A stretch of DNA of 64,000 nt from Octopus bimaculoides (lineage: Eukaryota): the NCBI RefSeq assembly GCF_001194135.2, contig NC_068983.1, positions 54,929,467 to 54,993,466 on the forward strand. Reading direction: 5' to 3'. Below are positions 27,431 through 41,468 of the stretch, one piece after another. The position numbers were made by a program, and so were the translations under genes. The notes under the pieces were generated by a model. That model searched no databases, was not told where the DNA came from, and was given only the letters and a program-made list of their open reading frames with translations. Positions within the stretch are counted from its first letter, which is position 1, and each line of letters opens with the position of its first letter.

Positions 27431-27655
27431 GCGTGTGTATGTTTGTGTGTCTGTGTTTGTCTCCCCACCATCGCTTGACAACCGATGCTGGTGTGTTTAG
27501 GTCCCTGTAACTTAGCGGTTCGGCAAAAAGAAACCGATAGAATAAGTACTAGGCTTACAAAGAATAAATCCTGGGGTCGATCTGCTCGACTAAAGGCGGT
27601 GCTCCAGCATGGCCACAGTCAAATGACTGAAACAAGTAAAAGAGTAAAAAGAGAA
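27238..27655 (+). mobile_element. tRNA-derived SINE family B, near full-length copy with an internal (TA/TG)n
   Basis: Head GGAGTGGCTGTGTGGTAAGTAGCTTG...GGGTTTAGTCCCACTGCGTGGCACCTTGGGCAAGTGTCTTCTACTATAGC, tail ...GGCCACAGTCAAATGACTGAAACAAGTAAAAGAG. About 30 copies or fragments, e.g. 2633-3010(-), 8938-9335(+), 13660-14050(-), 22115-22510(-), 29900-30560(+), 41645-42015(-), 61485-62100(+), 63600-64000(-). Confidence 0.88.
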
Positions 27656-29004
27656 TTAGGAAGACATATATAGTACCTCACACATTTATTCATTATCATC
27701 TCCCAAATTTCCTTAAAACACATGTCCTCCAGTTGTTGCAAATATGGCATTAGCCAAATCTTTAGTATAGCTTCAATATCAACTCATAATAAAAATAGAC
27801 CTGTTATCTCTTTTGGACCACCAAGCTCATCCTTATCTCTTACTTTTTTTCCTTTTTTGTTCTGGTAGTGGTGGATGCAAAACATCTTAAGCATGCTTTT
27901 AATAAGGTCAAGATAAAGTCAACAACCAATGCAGGCAATACCAGAGTTGTTTTTGTGTCATACAAAGAGTTTTATAAAATATCATTGAATGTGAGACTGA
28001 AAAATAAGTTGATTAGGTACATGTGTGGCTGTTATGGTTCAAAAGTTTGGTTATGAATCACATGAATTTGGGTTCAGTCTCATTGCATGGCACCCGGCCC
28101 AAGTGCATTCTGCTGTAGGTATGGGCTGAGCAAAGCTGTGTGAGTGGATTTGGTTGATGGAAACTGAAAGAAGCCCATCATTAAGTTGGAATCTAATGTG
28201 AATATAATGAGAATACTAAACAAGTTTTGTAGATGTATAATTCTCCATTCTTCTTTATGTTATGATGTCATCATTATATACTCTGTATGCTATATATTTG
28301 TGTGTGTATACTGGGGGTGTATGTATGTTTGTGTCGTCTTTTCTTGTCATTATATGATTGTTGTAAATGAGTGTCACCGTTATACAAGCAACATCATTCT
28401 ATATTTAGCAAAAACATGTCTGGCTATGCTTGAAAATAGGTGAAGGTTGGTGACAGAAAGGGCATCTGGCCTGTGAGAAAAAACAAATCTGCTCCAATAA
28501 ACTGTCCAACTCTTACAAGCATAGAAAAGTGAACTTTAAAATGATGATGATGATGATAAAGATGATGTGACTTGAGAGTACAAAGGATCACATGTGTATA
28601 TGACAATCTTTTGTTAAACTATGTATATGACATGGTATAACAATGTTCATGACCTTTGGAAGTTTCTTCAGAATGTTGAAATTAATGTGAGTGGTTGATG
28701 TTCTTTTTTTATTTAGAAATAATACATTTCTAAATCTCTCAGAGAGATTTATGCAGTAGTGATACGATGAAGTAGTTGTATGCTGTCAACTTAATGTGAC
28801 AGTCCCCTGAAAGGAATAATACTACTGTTGGTTAGACTTAGGAAGCTGCACCACTTCCTGTCGGCTTTGACACATTTCCTGTGTCCTTATGTTGGTTGAT
28901 GTTCTGTTTTAAACAGAAGATTGGGCAAATGTTTAATATAAAGTTTGACGGGCAAAACAATAGGGTCAATAAGAGAAAGAGAAATGGGTACATTGGGCAT
29001 GTTG

Positions 29005-29415
29005 TAACCTTTTAGTATTTAAACTGGCCGCACTTCACCCAAATAGTCTGCATTATGTTCAGACCAGACAGATCTGGTCTCTTACACCTACCCTACAATG
29101 TCAGTCTAAAAACAAACAATCATATCATTGAAATTTCAAAGCTACAAGATAATTCAAAACAATGTAAATTAATAAGCATTATATTTGACTGAGTAATTTG
29201 AACAATAAGGGGTCAACCAGTTATTATTTAAAACGGCATATCTGGCCCAAATATTCTACCTGGTTTATGTTCAAACCAGCCAGATCTGGTCACTCACACC
29301 TATCCTACAATGTCATAGAAATATACATTCACAGCATGAAAAATCTCAAAGCTATGAGATAATGCGTGATTGATTGAAAACCATATGACAATGTTATCCG
29401 AATGCTAAAGGTGTA
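29005..29415. mobile_element. Two tandem degenerate copies of a TTAA (piggyBac-type) MITE
   Basis: Both halves share AAACTGGCC...CAGATCTGG...CACCTACCCTACAATGTCA with the MITE at 38638-38838. The end reads AATGCTAAAGG. Confidence 0.65.
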
Positions 29416-30077
29416 ATGTGAGCGATATCCAGCTCGCTAGTTCTGATATCCAATGTATATTCTAATAGGTAAGGTGCAAGTTTTTATTCGAAATGCATAA
29501 AAAATAGAAAATGTGTGTGATTTACCTTCCAAATCTGGTTCTGGACATGAAAATTACAGCACACACACACACAAACACACACACTCTATGCTACACTACA
29601 CATGCCAGCAAATAAATGAGTTATGTAGGCCAGCTTAGCTGTGTCAGTAAACAGTCTCTATGAATATCAGCATTGTAGCCAAATGCGTGTGGGTGACATC
29701 AAGTGCAAAAACACAGATAATTGCCGAAGCAGAACCTGATTCTCCTACAAAACAAACTTGGCTGTGATGTACATGTTATATTGCTCATGTTTGTCTAAAA
29801 TTCTTGCATCAATGTTACTTCAGTTCCAACAACAGATTTTTGGGTGGATGCGTGAAAAAAAATTACTTCTTTGAGACAAAGCAGAAGTAACTAAACCACA
29901 CATGGCTGTGTGGTAAGTAGCTTGCCTCCCAGCCACATGGTTCTGGGTTCCGTCCCACTGCATTGTACCTTGGGCAAGTGTTTTGGGCATCTTTAGCTAA
30001 CCAAAGCCTCGTGAGTGGATGGATTTGGTCGACGGAAACTGAAAGAAGCCTGCTGTGTGTGTGTGTGTGTGTGTATG

Positions 30078-30118
<41 letters not shown>

Positions 30119-31691
30119 NNNNNNNNNNNNNNNNNNNNNNNNNNNNNNNNNNNNNNNNNNNNNNNNNNNNNNNNNNNNNNNNNNNNNNNNNNNNNNNNNN
30201 NNNNNNNNNNNNNNNNNNNNNNNNNNNNNNNNNNNNNNNNNNNNNNNNNNNNNNNNNNNNNNNNNNNNNNNNNNNNNNNNNNNNNNNNNNNNNNNNNNNN
30301 NNNNNNNNNNNNNNNNNNNNNTATATATTTGTGTGTGTTTGTCCCTCACCACCACCACTTGACAACTACTGTTGATGTATTTATGTCCCTGTAACTTAGC
30401 AGTTCAGCAAAAGAAATCAGTAGAATAAGTACCAAGCTTGTAAAAAAAATACATATATGTACTGAGGGTCAATTCATTTGACTAAAAATTTCTCAAGGCG
30501 GTGCTCCAGCATGGCTGCAGCCAAATGACTGAAACAAATAAAAGACAAAAGATGAAAAAAGATGAACACTAAGGACAGAAGCTTACCATCATTTGAACAC
30601 CCACCTCTTCCATGCTTGCATGAATCGGATGGATTTTATTGAGGTAGATTTTCTAAAGCCAGATGCCTTTCCTGCTGCTAACCCTCACTTGTTTTCAAGC
30701 AGGGTAATATTTCCCCATGGCAAAGCTTGTTTTCGCAGAAAATTAGAAATGAATGACACTGCTTGTATAACAGTGACACTCATTTACTACTATCAGGCGG
30801 TGTCAGGAGAAAGAGACACAAACATACATGCATGAATACATGTACAGAGGGCTTCTTTCAGTTTCCATCAATCAAATCCACTCACAAGGCTATGATCGAT
30901 CTGGGGTTATAGTAGAAGACACTTGCCCAAAGGGCCATGTAGTAGAACTGAACCCACAACGATGTGATTAGGAAGCAAATGTCTTACAATGCAGCCCCGC
31001 ATCTGTACCTAAATATCAGGTTATGAAATTTGTTTCCAGCTGTGTATTATTTAACATGCTGAAGAGAGCGTGTAAAAACTGTAACACCGAGAGAGGGCTT
31101 TTCTGTGTTAGTAGTGCTACGTGAGCAACTGGTAGAAATAAAATGAATCAGTCGAGAAAAAGCTAGAAATAAGTTTTGCATGATATATTGTCACCACATA
31201 TGAGAAATTAGAGAAAGATTTAAGAACTTGGATATGTGTATTATGCATGAATGAACTTGTCATATATTCAAATAGAACAAAAATCTCGTTAACAAGTAAA
31301 TGTAACATAACTCAAAATCTTATGTGTGTTAACTGGGTGGAGCATGAAATTTATGAATAGAATTGGGCTTGCATTACATCAGAAAAACTAAGCTGCAATA
31401 TTCTTGTAAAATGGATGAAAGTGGCATGGGAAAGTAGTCCAAATGAAATGGTGATGAAATAGGGTCTTTGTGGTTTTTGTCATTGTCTACAATTTTGTTC
31501 CAATTGTTTTCAAATTTGGTGTATGAATTAAGTTTTCTATACTAATTATAAAGATGAAATTCATTTTTCCTATAAATCCATAATCAAAAAGTTATTAGCT
31601 TTTAAAATTTGCAAAATTTGGTTATTTTTGCCAATCAAAATGGAAAATGGACGTTAAACAATGATGATGATGGTGATGACATATATACATT

Positions 31692-31722
<31 letters not shown>

Positions 31723-31951
31723 CCCTCTCTCTCTCTCTCTCTCTTTCAGAGAGAGGCACAAGCACATACACAGACATATACACACGCGGCAGTAACTTCC
31801 ACCCACCAAATTCAATCACAAAGCTTCGGTTGGCTCGGGGCTATAGCAGAAGACACTTGCCCATGGTGCCACGTGGTGGGACTGAACCCGAAACCATGTA
31901 GCTGGGAAGCAAGTTTCCTAACCACACAGCCATACTCACATATATATATAA

Positions 31952-32004
<53 letters not shown>

Positions 32005-32924
32005 ATGATAGTGTGTTCTCTTGTCTAGACATTACACGATTGCTGTAAATGTGCATCAGTGTCATACAAGTGAAGTTGTTCATTTTCAGTCTTCCATGTG
32101 AAACATGTCTGGTCATGGGGAAAAAAACCTTACCTTCTTGGAAACAGATGAGGGTCGGCAACAGGAAGGGTGTCTGGCTATGGAAAGTCTACATCAACAA
32201 ATTCTGCCTAACGCATGCAAGCATGGAAAAGTGAATATTAAATGATTATGATGATGATGTTTTACAGTTACAATGAAATCATTAAAAATTTAACAATGAT
32301 TAACTACAGATTGTCATCAATTATTCTGTGGACTCCTAAAACCATTTTATGGATACTATTTGTATTTTTTGTAGCATTCATTGAAATCCATTAATAAATG
32401 TATAAAAATCCATTACATGCAACAGAAGCTGCCTTAGACTAAAATAGCCATTTACTTACCATACTTAATGTAAATACAGTGTGACAGGTAAAATTTATTA
32501 TGGTAATGGAAATGTTTTATAGTCTGGCCTGCCTCTAAAAATGTTTCCCTACTCTTGCCATAGATGTTTGTATGTTTATGTCTTTTAGCATTCAGATTTC
32601 TTTGTCAAATGTATTTCTTATTCATTCACAGTCTTTTGAATTATCACACTTTATCTTCTGGCTTAAAGAATTAAATGGTGTATTTGTATTTTTTTTTTAA
32701 TGGCATTGTAGGGTAGGTGTGAGAGGTTGGATCTGGTCAGTTTCAATGTAAACGACACAGAATATTTTGGGCTGGATATTGCTGGATTATATGTTATTTA
32801 AGATATTTCAGGACTACAGTACATATAATATCATGTTTATGATGATTATGTCAACGACAACCATGATGTCAACAAGAACCACCATCAATATTATATTCCT
32901 GGATTCAATACTTGCATAATTTGT

Positions 32925-33680
32925 ATGAATTTTCTCCAGCACAGCATCTCGCTACTTGCTTGCAACCCTTTGTTATTTCCTTATAAGTTTCAGAACCCTG
33001 AGTTCACCCTGCTCCATATTTCCCCTGGACTTCCTCGTCTGTAGGTATCTTCTGCTTGGGTTGCTCCACTAATTCCTTAAACCATCTGTTATGGTCTATA
33101 CGTGGAGGCGCAATGGCCCAGTGGTTAGGGCAGCGGACTTGCGGTCATAGGATCGCAGTTTCGATTCCCAGACCAGGCGTTGTGAGTGTTTATTGAGCGA
33201 AAACACCTAAAGCTCCACAAGGCTCTGGCAGGGGATGGTGGCGAACCCTGCTGTACTCTTTCATCACAACTTTCTCTCACTCTTACTTCCCGTTTCTGTT
33301 GTACCTGTAATTCAAAGGGTCAGCCTTGTCACACTGTGTCACGCTGAATATCCCCGAGAACTACGTTAAGGGTACACGTGTCTGTGGAGTGCTCAACCAC
33401 TTGCACGTTAATTTCACGAGCAGGCTGTTCTGTTGATCGGATCAACTGGAACCCTTGACGTCATAAGTGACGGAGTGCCAACAACAACAATGGTCTATAC
33501 ACATCATATGTCTATACTCACACAAACTGTTCTCTCACACATGACAACTGATTCCTTTCATACCCAGATTTTCGCTTGACTCATTTGTGCTTCATCTATT
33601 ATGAACGCTAACATTAACACATCCAGCCAAGCTTGATTCTCTCACTTCTTTCTAGTTGTCACACATCCTTAATATTCAAA
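32925..33680 (-). mobile_element. Degenerate RTE-LINE fragment interrupted by a family D SINE
   Basis: Minus strand has ENLGMKGISCHV..(RRLRWYGH-like)..RRGSPGEIW...LEK, a frameshifted homologue of the 62395 LINE. Confidence 0.55.
33102..33489 (+). mobile_element. Full-length tRNA-headed SINE family D with an 11-bp TSD
   Basis: ATGGTCTATAC occurs at 33091-33101 and 33490-33500. A/B boxes and a (CAA)n tail are present. Confidence 0.9.
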
Positions 33681-33857
33681 GCCTTTGTTTTGCTACCATG
33701 TTGTATGACGAGAAGCTTGCTTTCCAACCACATGGTTCAGGGTTTCAATCCTGCTGTGTGGCACTTTGGGCAAATACCATGTCTTCTATTTTGGTCTCAG
33801 GTTGACCAAAGCCTTGTAGGTAGATCTGGTAGATAGAAACTGAAAAAAGCCCATTGT

Positions 33858-33898
<41 letters not shown>

Positions 33899-34344
33899 TG
33901 TTATGAAGGGTAATGGAGTCAACCAGACCCGAATGTTACAGGTAATACCGAGTAAGTGCTGTATACCGACTAGTTTTGCCCCGGATGTGGTTGCAACATG
34001 AATGGGGAATTTAACATGGGTCGTGTATTATTTACGCCATTGGTCTCTTTATCTCATTCTTTTTGTATGTGTATATATATATAAATAGACATATATCAAT
34101 GGGTGTGTCTGTGTCTGTCCCCCACCACTGCCTAATAACTGTTGTTGATCTGTTTACATTCCCGTGACTTAGTAGTAGTGCAAAGACACCAATAGAATAA
34201 GTACCATGGTTTAAAAAATTCAAATTAGTACTGGGGTTGATTCATTTGACTAAAAATTCTTCAAAGTCGTGCTCCAACATGGCTCCAGCATGGCCACAAC
34301 CTAATGACTGAGACAAATGAAAACTAAAACCCCCAAAAGTACAT

Positions 34345-34720
34345 GAACTTACATACAGTCTGCCCTTCAATTGGAAAGAGAACTTCTGTGTTAGCAGCAG
34401 AGATGATAGCTCCCGGAATATTTCTCCATCCTGTTCTTATCTTGGTTACCATTCTTTTGGAACACACTGACCCAGCTTCACAGAAACTGCCAAATATGAA
34501 CACGAGACCATTTTTGCAGTTGAAAGAATTCCTTTCACAGGTGATCTTACTGCTGACTACTTTGGCATATATCTTCTTGCCAAGCACCACTTGTCTCTTG
34601 GCCTTTTTGTGATCTCACTGCATCTCTTGTGCACCGATAGTTTGCAGTGGGTGCATGGTTGAGAAGCATTCACCTTTTCTGTATATCAAACAACACCATT
34701 TCACAGATGGGAATAGAGTT
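34345..34720 (-). mobile_element. Degenerate RTE-LINE RT-adjacent fragment
   Basis: Minus strand reads CTHCKLSVHKRCS (Cys/His finger) and FRELSSLLLTQKFSFQLKGRLY, matching the FRELLPLL...SLRVKGRLY motif that also appears at 56440-56520. Confidence 0.6.
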
Positions 34721-34859
34721 TTGTCTCCATTAGGTTAGCTCTTAGAATTTCAATTTGTAGTTTTGCTACCATATTTGGAACTTTTCACAAACACACACTC
34801 ACACATGTATATGTATGTGTCTGTCTGTTTGCATGTGTGTGTATGTATATGTGTGTATG

Positions 34860-34900
<41 letters not shown>

Positions 34901-35056
34901 TAGGGAATAGACATGAAAAGAAGATAAACATGGGAGTGATGAGTTTTAACAAATGTTATAAATGTGTGTGTGTATATATATTTTGGTGTAGATATGTTAT
35001 TATGTGTGTGTGTATCTTTATATATATAGATGTGTGTATATATGTGTGTATGTATA

Positions 35057-35113
<57 letters not shown>

Positions 35114-35917
35114 TTATATTTGTGTTTGTTTGTATATGTACATAAGTGTGTGTAAATATATATTTGTGTGTGTGTTTGCGTGTGTATCTGCCACTAAAAA
35201 AGAATGATGCTCAGCAGTTAGATGCCACTCCTGATGCAATTATTAATGAGTTCCTGCAGCAGTGATAGCAAGAAATCTCAGAGAATTATTGGAACTACAA
35301 TATTTGCCAACATATGAAGATTAGAAAAAGGATTAACACTCTGGCATCAGCATGCATGGGCACATAAGCTATGGGAACTGTGTCAGTTTCGACAATAAGG
35401 GTTCCAGTTGATCTGATCAATAGAACAACCTGCTCTTGAAATTAATGTGCAAGTGGCTGAGTACTCCACAGACCCATGTACCCTTAATGTAGTTCTCAGG
35501 GAGATTCAGGGTACCTGGAATCTAACAAGGTTGACTCTTTGAAATACAAGTTCACATTTTTGTCTGGTGAGTGGACAGGAACAACGTGGAATAAAGGGTT
35601 TTGCTTAAGGACAAAATGTTCTGCTGGGATTTGAACTTATGACTTTGTTTGTCAGCTTAATACCATAACCACTAAGCCATTTGCTTTTACATGCGTACAT
35701 TACAACATGATTTTGTGTGTGTGTGTGTGTGTGTGTGTTCGTATGTGTGCAAAAGACAGCCAAGAGGCATGCTGTCCATTAAGTTTCATTCATGATAAAG
35801 AGAGTTGTCATGTCACGAGTATCTCTAATTTTGATTAATTACTGCTCATATGATTGTTGTTAGCCACATCCTGTCTCCAGGTTATTCTATATAGACACAC
35901 ACACACACACACACACA

Positions 35918-35948
<31 letters not shown>

Positions 35949-35976
35949 CAATAATGTATATGTTTATATATGATTA

Positions 35977-36023
<47 letters not shown>

Positions 36024-36728
36024 NNNNNNNNNNNNNNNNNNNNNNNNNNNNNNNNNNNNNNNNNNNNNNNNNNNNNNNNNNNNNNNNNNNNNNNNNNNNN
36101 NNNNNNNNNNNNNNNNNNNNNNNNNNNNNNNNNNNNNNNNNNNNNNNNNNNNNNNNNNNNNNNNNNNNNNNNNNNNNNNNNNNNNNNNNNNNNNNNNNNN
36201 NNNNNNNNNNNNNNNNNNNNNNNNNNNNNNNNNNNNNNNNNNATGACTGTTCACGTTAGTCTCTGACTGTGCAACTGGTTTTGTTTTGCGCCAAAATCAG
36301 AACACATGGTGCGTAAAAATATTTAAATGAAATATTCAAACACTGAGATTTGAAGTTAGATGTCACTACTGTTCATATCATCTGTGGATAAATTCAAAAT
36401 TTGATGATATCACCAGTATTAGCATTGGTGGAACGCAGTTATGATAGCTTTAAGGAGCTATGAAATATCGTAATGATGCTTAATGAGCATCTACCTGCTA
36501 GAAATAAGAGCCAAGTCTTAAATAATCCACCGTAGCGCACTAATATAACAGAGAAAAACAGTATGCGAGGAAAACAGACCGAATTAAAACATTTAACAAC
36601 ACAAACTAAAATATTATGCAATTACAGATATCCACAAACAGGTTTCTGCTTTTGGTTATTCAACCTTATATATATATATATTTGTGTATGTGTGTGTGTG
36701 TATATATGTGTATATGTATATTTGTGTA

Positions 36729-36771
<43 letters not shown>

Positions 36772-36779
36772 TTGTTTGC

Positions 36780-36836
<57 letters not shown>

Positions 36837-37363
36837 CGTGTGTCTGTGTGTCCATGTATATAAGTTTGTGTATATATTCATATTTATTTATTTATTTATT
36901 TATTTATGTATAAACACACACACACACACACACACATACTAACTGCATTCACCTATGACTATGTTGTGAGTTCAAATCCTGCCAGGTCATCTTTGCTTTC
37001 TCTCCCACCAGAATTCATAAACCCAATTAGTAGCCTCTTTTTTTTAAACAACCTCCTCCTCTACTAAGAGAAATAATGGAAACCTTTCTTCCAAATTACA
37101 AATTTTTATAGCAATGCTCAAGTCTCCATAGCAGCCTGTATTGGATTGCTCAAGTCTGTTGCAGCCTGTATTGGATTAATTCACATTTAAACTGCTTACC
37201 ATTCCTTGTAAGAATCAACTGGTGTTACTTTTATAAGTTCCTTTCAGTTAATTTTAAATATAACAAAGAATTCAGTAAAATAACATGATCATTATTAAAT
37301 TGGTTTATGGAATACAAATTAACATGAAAGTTTGACGAAAGGTTTTAATTTAGATCACTTTAA

Positions 37364-37586
37364 CCCTTTTGTTACCAACCTGGCTGAAACCGGCTCTGGC
37401 TCTGAGTACAAATATTTTGTTTTTATAAATTTTGAATTAAAATCTTCCACCAAAACCTAAGTCACAATTTATGTTCATAACACTAGCTTAATGATAAAAC
37501 TAAGTTATTTTATTAAATTCTTTGTTATATTTAAAGTAATTCAAAGAAACACAGAGCATCTCAGAATAAATATGGTAACGAAAGGG
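37364..37586. mobile_element. piggyBac-type MITE (TTAA TSD)
   Basis: TTAA|CCCTTTTGTTACCA ... TGGTAACGAAAGGG|TTAA, with TTAA at 37360-37363 and 37587-37590. Related fragments at ~58370-58490 and ~62148-62320. Confidence 0.85.
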
Positions 37587-38637
37587 TTAAAACAGAAAGT
37601 TGGTATGGTTGAACCAGGAGTTGTTTGGTATCAAAATGGTTAAATGATGTCAAAGCAAGGCGACACAAACGAACATACACACACATGACAGGCTTCTTTC
37701 AGTTTTTATTTAACAAATCCACTCGCAAGGCTTTGGTAGTGGACACACACACACACATACATGACAGGCATTCTTCAGTTTCCATTTACCAATTCCACTC
37801 ACAAAGCTCTGATTGGCCTAGGGCTATTGTAGAAGACACCTGCCCAAGGTGCCATGCAGAGGGACTGAACCTGAAACCATGTGGTTGTAGAAACAAACTT
37901 TTTAATCAAAAAGCTACACTTGTACTTTACATAAAATGTATTTTCTTGTATTTGGTTGAATTGGGTTAATTACATGTGATAAATGAAGGATATAATTAAT
38001 ATTTATAATATATAATATCTTCTAGTTTGGTGACTTTATCGTTGTGAGTTCAAATCCTTGCTTAAGGGGAAACAACAATCATGACTAATTTATTCATATT
38101 ATATATGACAATATTTTCCCCTCATGCATTCCTTTATGAATGTTTATATATTGCTTATCTCTTTTTTTTTCTTTTTTTTTTGCTGTTCATGAAAAACATC
38201 AGAAATGTTTTTTATTTATTTATTTATTTATTTATTCTTTTATTTAACATCTCTTTTGCTTTTATTAGCCTATTTGCTTTTCCTTTTCTTTTTAGGATGG
38301 GAAAAAGAGGATTAATGGTAAAATGGTGATTATTTCTACTGCAAATTCATTTTTTTTTTTTTCATTTTATCTCTCTCCCTAATTTAGCATTACATATATT
38401 TTTAACTCATTAACTAACACCAAATGTAAACCTTTGTAATTTTAGGGATCCATTGTTCTCTTACTTAAGAATGCTACTTTTACAAATAAATTTCTCTTCA
38501 TTTTTGCACCTTTTCTAAACAATCTTGATCTTTTTCGCTTAGTCTCTTTCTCTCACTTCTGTTCCTTCACTGTTGGTCGTTTATCTTTAATGGTGTTACC
38601 AAAACCTCTTATAATCCATGACTACTTCATAGCTTAA

Positions 38638-38838
38638 CCCTTTAGCATTCAGATTATATTTCAAGCCTAATACTTATTTATTCACACTGTCTTCAATTAA
38701 TCATGCATTATCTCATAGCTTTGCAATTTCAATGATGTGATTGTATACTTTTAGAATGGCATTATGGGGTAGGTGAGAAGTCAGATGTGATCAGTTTGAA
38801 GATTTGGGCCTGATGTGGCCAGCTTAAATGCTAAAGGG
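38638..38838. mobile_element. piggyBac-type MITE (TTAA TSD), second family
   Basis: TTAA|CCCTTTAGCATT ... AATGCTAAAGGG|TTAA, with TTAA at 38634-38637 and 38839-38842. Partial copies at ~32580-32790 and ~52802-52970. Confidence 0.88.
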
Positions 38839-39829
38839 TTAAACTGCGCTTGCACATTTGCCAAAAGCTTATCGCATACACTCACATTCTGTTGCTAATA
38901 ATTCTTTCTATTGCTAATAATTCTCTCCGTTGCTAATGTTTTCTTGGCAATGCGACATTATTCCTTTAACAGATGCTTTAACAATAATTCCAAATAATTA
39001 TTTGATCCTTTTAATTACTTGTAATTTACAATTGCTATTAGCATTAATAATTACTTTCTTCATACTCTTACTTCTTGTACTATTATTAATTCCAGTCTAA
39101 TTAAGGTTGTGACATGGCTAAATTGTTAGACGTTTTGCAGTATTTCTTCTAACTTTTTATGTTTTGGGTTTCAAATTCTGTTGTTATCAACTTTGCCTTT
39201 CAACCTTTCGGGGTCAATAAAATAAGTACCAGTTGAGCACATATATATAAAGTTGAGTATATATAAATAAGGACCCACACACACACACACACATACACAC
39301 ATACATGTGTACATATATATATATATANNNNNNNNNNNNNNNNNNNNNNNNNNNNNNNNNNNNNNNNNNNNNNNNNNNNNNNNNNNNNNNNNNNNNNNNN
39401 NNNNNNNNNNNNNNNNNNNNNNNNNNNNNNNNNNNNNNNNNNNNNNNNNNNNNNNNNNNNNNNNNNNNNNNNNNNNNNNNNNNNNNNNNNNNNNNNNNNN
39501 NNNNNNNNNNNNNNNNNNNNNNNNNNNNNNNNNNNNNNNNNNNNNNNNNNNNNNNNNNNNNNNNNNNNNNNNNNNNNNNNNNNNNNNNNNNNNNNNNNNN
39601 NNNNNNNNNNNNNNNNNNNNNNNNNNNNNNNNNNNNNNNNNNNNNNNNNNNNNNNNNNNNNNNNNNNNNNNNNNNNNNNNNNNNNNNNNNNNNNNNNNNN
39701 NNNNNNNNNNNNNNNNNNNNNNNNNNNNNNNNNNNNNNNNNNNNNNNNNNNNNNNNNNNNNNNNNNNNNNNNNNNNNNNNNNNNNNNNNNNNNNNNNNNN
39801 NNNNNNNNNNNNNNNNNNNNNNNNNNNNN

Positions 39830-39885
<56 letters not shown>

Positions 39886-41036
39886 ACACACACAAATACT
39901 TATACATACGCACATATATATATGCTCCCTCCTCCTAGAATTGCTAGCCTTGTGCCAAAATTTGGAACCACTGTTAATTGTTGGTGTGATAAGAATTCTA
40001 ATAATCATTTCAAATTTTGGTAGAGGGCTGTTGATTTCAGGGTCAGGATGAGTGAACAGCATCAACCCCAGTACTTGAGAAATACTATATTTTATTGACT
40101 TTAAAAGAATGAATGACAAAGTTGACTTCAGTGAGAGTTGAACTCGGACAGAATGTAAAGAGCTGGAAGAAATGCGACTAAGGATTTTATCCACCATACT
40201 AACAACTATGCCTGCTCACTACCTTTGTGCATGAATAGATTTTTGTGTGCGTGTATAAGTAATTTAATGGCAGTTTAACCCAAGGTTATTCATGATTGAA
40301 CAGATCTGGTATCGAAAGGGTTGCAACTGTTCCCTACTTTTTGTTCAGTCATAGTGCATCTCAAACCACATAATCCTGTGTATTCCCATGCTTCTTTTTT
40401 TTTTTTCAAATATTATCAGGTACAATTTGAGGATTCATCTTTTTGTCTCCTCAATAATACATGCCCTAAAACTCTGAGTAGAGGTACAGATGCTTCCCTA
40501 AATAAACTCTATTACATTTGAGTGTTCTTTCTCTCATTTGTACCCCCAAATATGTATTTATGTATATAATGAACATATCTATGTCCAAATGCATTAATGA
40601 ATGTCTATATGTATGCATTCAAGCATATATATATATATACATATGTGTATATGTAATGTATGTATATATGCAGGTATGTGTGTATGCTTTTATTCTTTTG
40701 CTTGCTTCTATCATTAACCTAAGGTTATACAAGGATATTCTATTTGAAGGGTTGCGTCGACCAAATCCAGCCCAATATCTATTTTTAGTCTGGTATTCAA
40801 TTTATTAGTGTCTTTCTGCTGAACCACTAAGTTATTGAGACATAAATAAACAGAATACTGGTTATCAAGCAGTGAGAGACATACATAAAGATGCTTGCAT
40901 GTGCATGCATACATACATATGTCGAGAGGCTAAACTATGGTAGTGAGAGGGCTCTGTTGTCTTGCAATAGAAGAGATACATGGCTACCTTGGATTACATA
41001 TAGGTAGGTGGGAGTAGCTAGAAAGAAGACAATAAT

Positions 41037-41468
41037 CTTTCCTTCTCTAGGCACAAGGCCTGAAATTTTTGGGGAGGTGGGGCCAGTCAATTAGATCAAC
41101 CCAGTATGCAACTGGTACTTAATTTATCGACCCTAAAAGGATGAAAGGCAAAGTCAACCTTGGCGGAATTTGAACTCAGAACGTAAGGACAGACGAAATA
41201 CTGCTAAGCGGTTCGCCTAGTGTGCTAACATTTCTTATTTCTTTATTGCTTACAAGAGGCTAAACATAGAGGGGACAAACAAGGACAGACAAAGGGATTA
41301 AATCGATTACATCGACCTCAGTACATAACTGGTACTTAATTTATCGACCCCCAAAAGGATGAAAGGCAAAGTTGACCTCGGTGGAATTTGAACTCAGAGC
41401 ATAACGGCAGACGAAGTACCACTAAGCATTTTGCCCGGTGTGCTAACGTTTCTGCCAGCTCGCTGCCT
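41037..41468 (-). mobile_element. Dimeric SINE family A insertion with an 18-bp TSD
   Basis: TAGAAAGAAGACAATAAT occurs at 41019-41036 and 41469-41486. Two family A monomers are joined by the ...CAATAAAGAAATAAGAA linker. A similar dimer lies at 44826-45215. Confidence 0.88.

Noticed and set aside
28917-28987. Open phase 0-2 segment KIGQMFNIKFDGQNNRVNKRKRNG as the missing middle exon (also 19032-19059, 22555-22604, 38296-38317)
   Set aside because: No GAF similarity and weaker splice sites. The 50647-50708 exon fits both homology and phase.
31320-31480. KWMKVAWESSPNEMVMK, resembling a pogo/Tigger transposase C-terminus
   Set aside because: Too short and degenerate, and no TIRs were found.
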